From: Takakia lepidozioides
Lineage: Eukaryota; Plantae; Bryophyta
Assembly: GCA_030704615.1 (NCBI GenBank)
Contig: CM060734.1
Coordinates: 56,916,001-56,980,000 of the forward strand
Direction: 5' to 3'
Length of the DNA: 64,000 nucleotides
In this document: piece by piece, positions 63,276 through 64,000 of the stretch
Position numbering within the stretch: position 1 is the first letter of the stretch
Layout of the letters: each line of letters opens with the position of its first letter
Notes under the pieces: model-generated
Databases searched by the model: none
Told to the model about the DNA's origin: nothing
What the model saw: the letters and a program-made list of their open reading frames with translations, nothing else
Made by a program: the position numbers and the translations under genes

Positions 63276-63699
63276 CCAGCAAAGCCAAAGACAAAGACAA
63301 GTCCAAGAGAAGGAAAAGGACAAGGGGAAGGAGAATGAAAAGGAGATGGAGAGTGGGCAGGACTTTACTGCTGGAAGATATACCCGCACTCTTTAGTGCG
63401 TGTTCGATGCCAAGCCACACCCTTCCCGTTCTGATTCAGCAGGAGAGATGAAAAGTGTTAATGAGGGTTGCTTTCGATGATGTAGAGTCGAAAGAGAGGA
63501 TACACTGGGGTGCCATCCCCTACCTGGGACAATATAATCTCATTCCTCAATCTGGTGAGAATTCCAGTTTCTTTCCTTTTTCTCTGAAAGTTTTGTTGGC
63601 AGTTTCAGTCTCGTTCTTTGAAACAATCTTGTCATCGTTCTTATAAAAACATGTCTGTTGCAGGTGAGCACAGGTCCCACCTTCGTGTGCGGTGTGCAG

Positions 63700-64000
63700 A
63701 AAACTTATGCGGCCGACATTGTCATTCTCGACATCCCGGATGGCAGGCTGTGCCAGAAGTTCTTCCAAAGGGCAAGACGCCAGGCTGGAACAAATTCGAG
63801 GACAACTACTGGAGTTGGGTATTCGGGTTCTGTAACAACTTCCTCTCTGATGCAGGGACACTTCTGCTTTTCAGTCATGTGACAATGATAGTCGTCGGGC
63901 ATTGGCATCATACCTCAAGTCTTCAGGGTTTGAAGTTTTGCGCACATGGAATTGTGTGAACAGCCTCTACCTTGTGAAAGGGGGTTTCCCTGGTCAGCTG
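63700..64000 (+). pseudogene. Fragment resembling the N-terminal half of a beta-class N4/N6 amino-methyltransferase fold
   Basis: Across frameshifts: ADIVILDIPDG..TPGWNKFEDNYWSWVFGFCNNFLSDAGTLLLFS..RRALASYLKSSGFEVLRTW. Confidence 0.4.

Overview
Eukaryotic DNA, most likely a non-seed land plant (inferred from spliceosomal introns, a plant ZCW7/AKAP17A-like gene and Tcn1-, Galadriel- and Phygy-like retroelements). Positions 1-3.4 kb hold three minus-strand exons of a ZCW7/AKAP17A-like gene. Nearly everything else is a nest of transposons whose order is fixed by target-site duplications (TSDs). A decayed hAT element (about 7.3-60.8 kb) surrounds a Tcn1-like chromovirus, element A (9444-57982). 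A is split by element B (11633-54032, TSD ATTA). B contains a Galadriel-like chromovirus D (18585-37979, TSD CGTTG), which contains a non-chromovirus gypsy E with extra ORFs (23052-35876, TSD GGAGC). B also contains its own relative C (40435-52351, TSD AAGC), which contains a solo terminal repeat of the same family (49554-49970, TSD AATT). The standout system is the B/C family. These are Ty3/Gypsy elements with a C5-cytosine DNA methyltransferase between protease and RT and a PHD finger after the DDE integrase. Their terminal repeats are split and permuted: with a and b the two repeat halves, B is a-body-b-GC-a-b, C is a-b-GC-a-body-b and the solo is a-b. This is the pattern expected if a 2-LTR circle is opened by integrase at a palindromic att site (TTGACA-GC-TGTCGT) in the middle of the LTR. 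The right end holds a decayed SWIM-finger (Mutator-like) gene and a fragment resembling an N4/N6 amino-methyltransferase. All family assignments come from motif recognition by eye; no searches were run.
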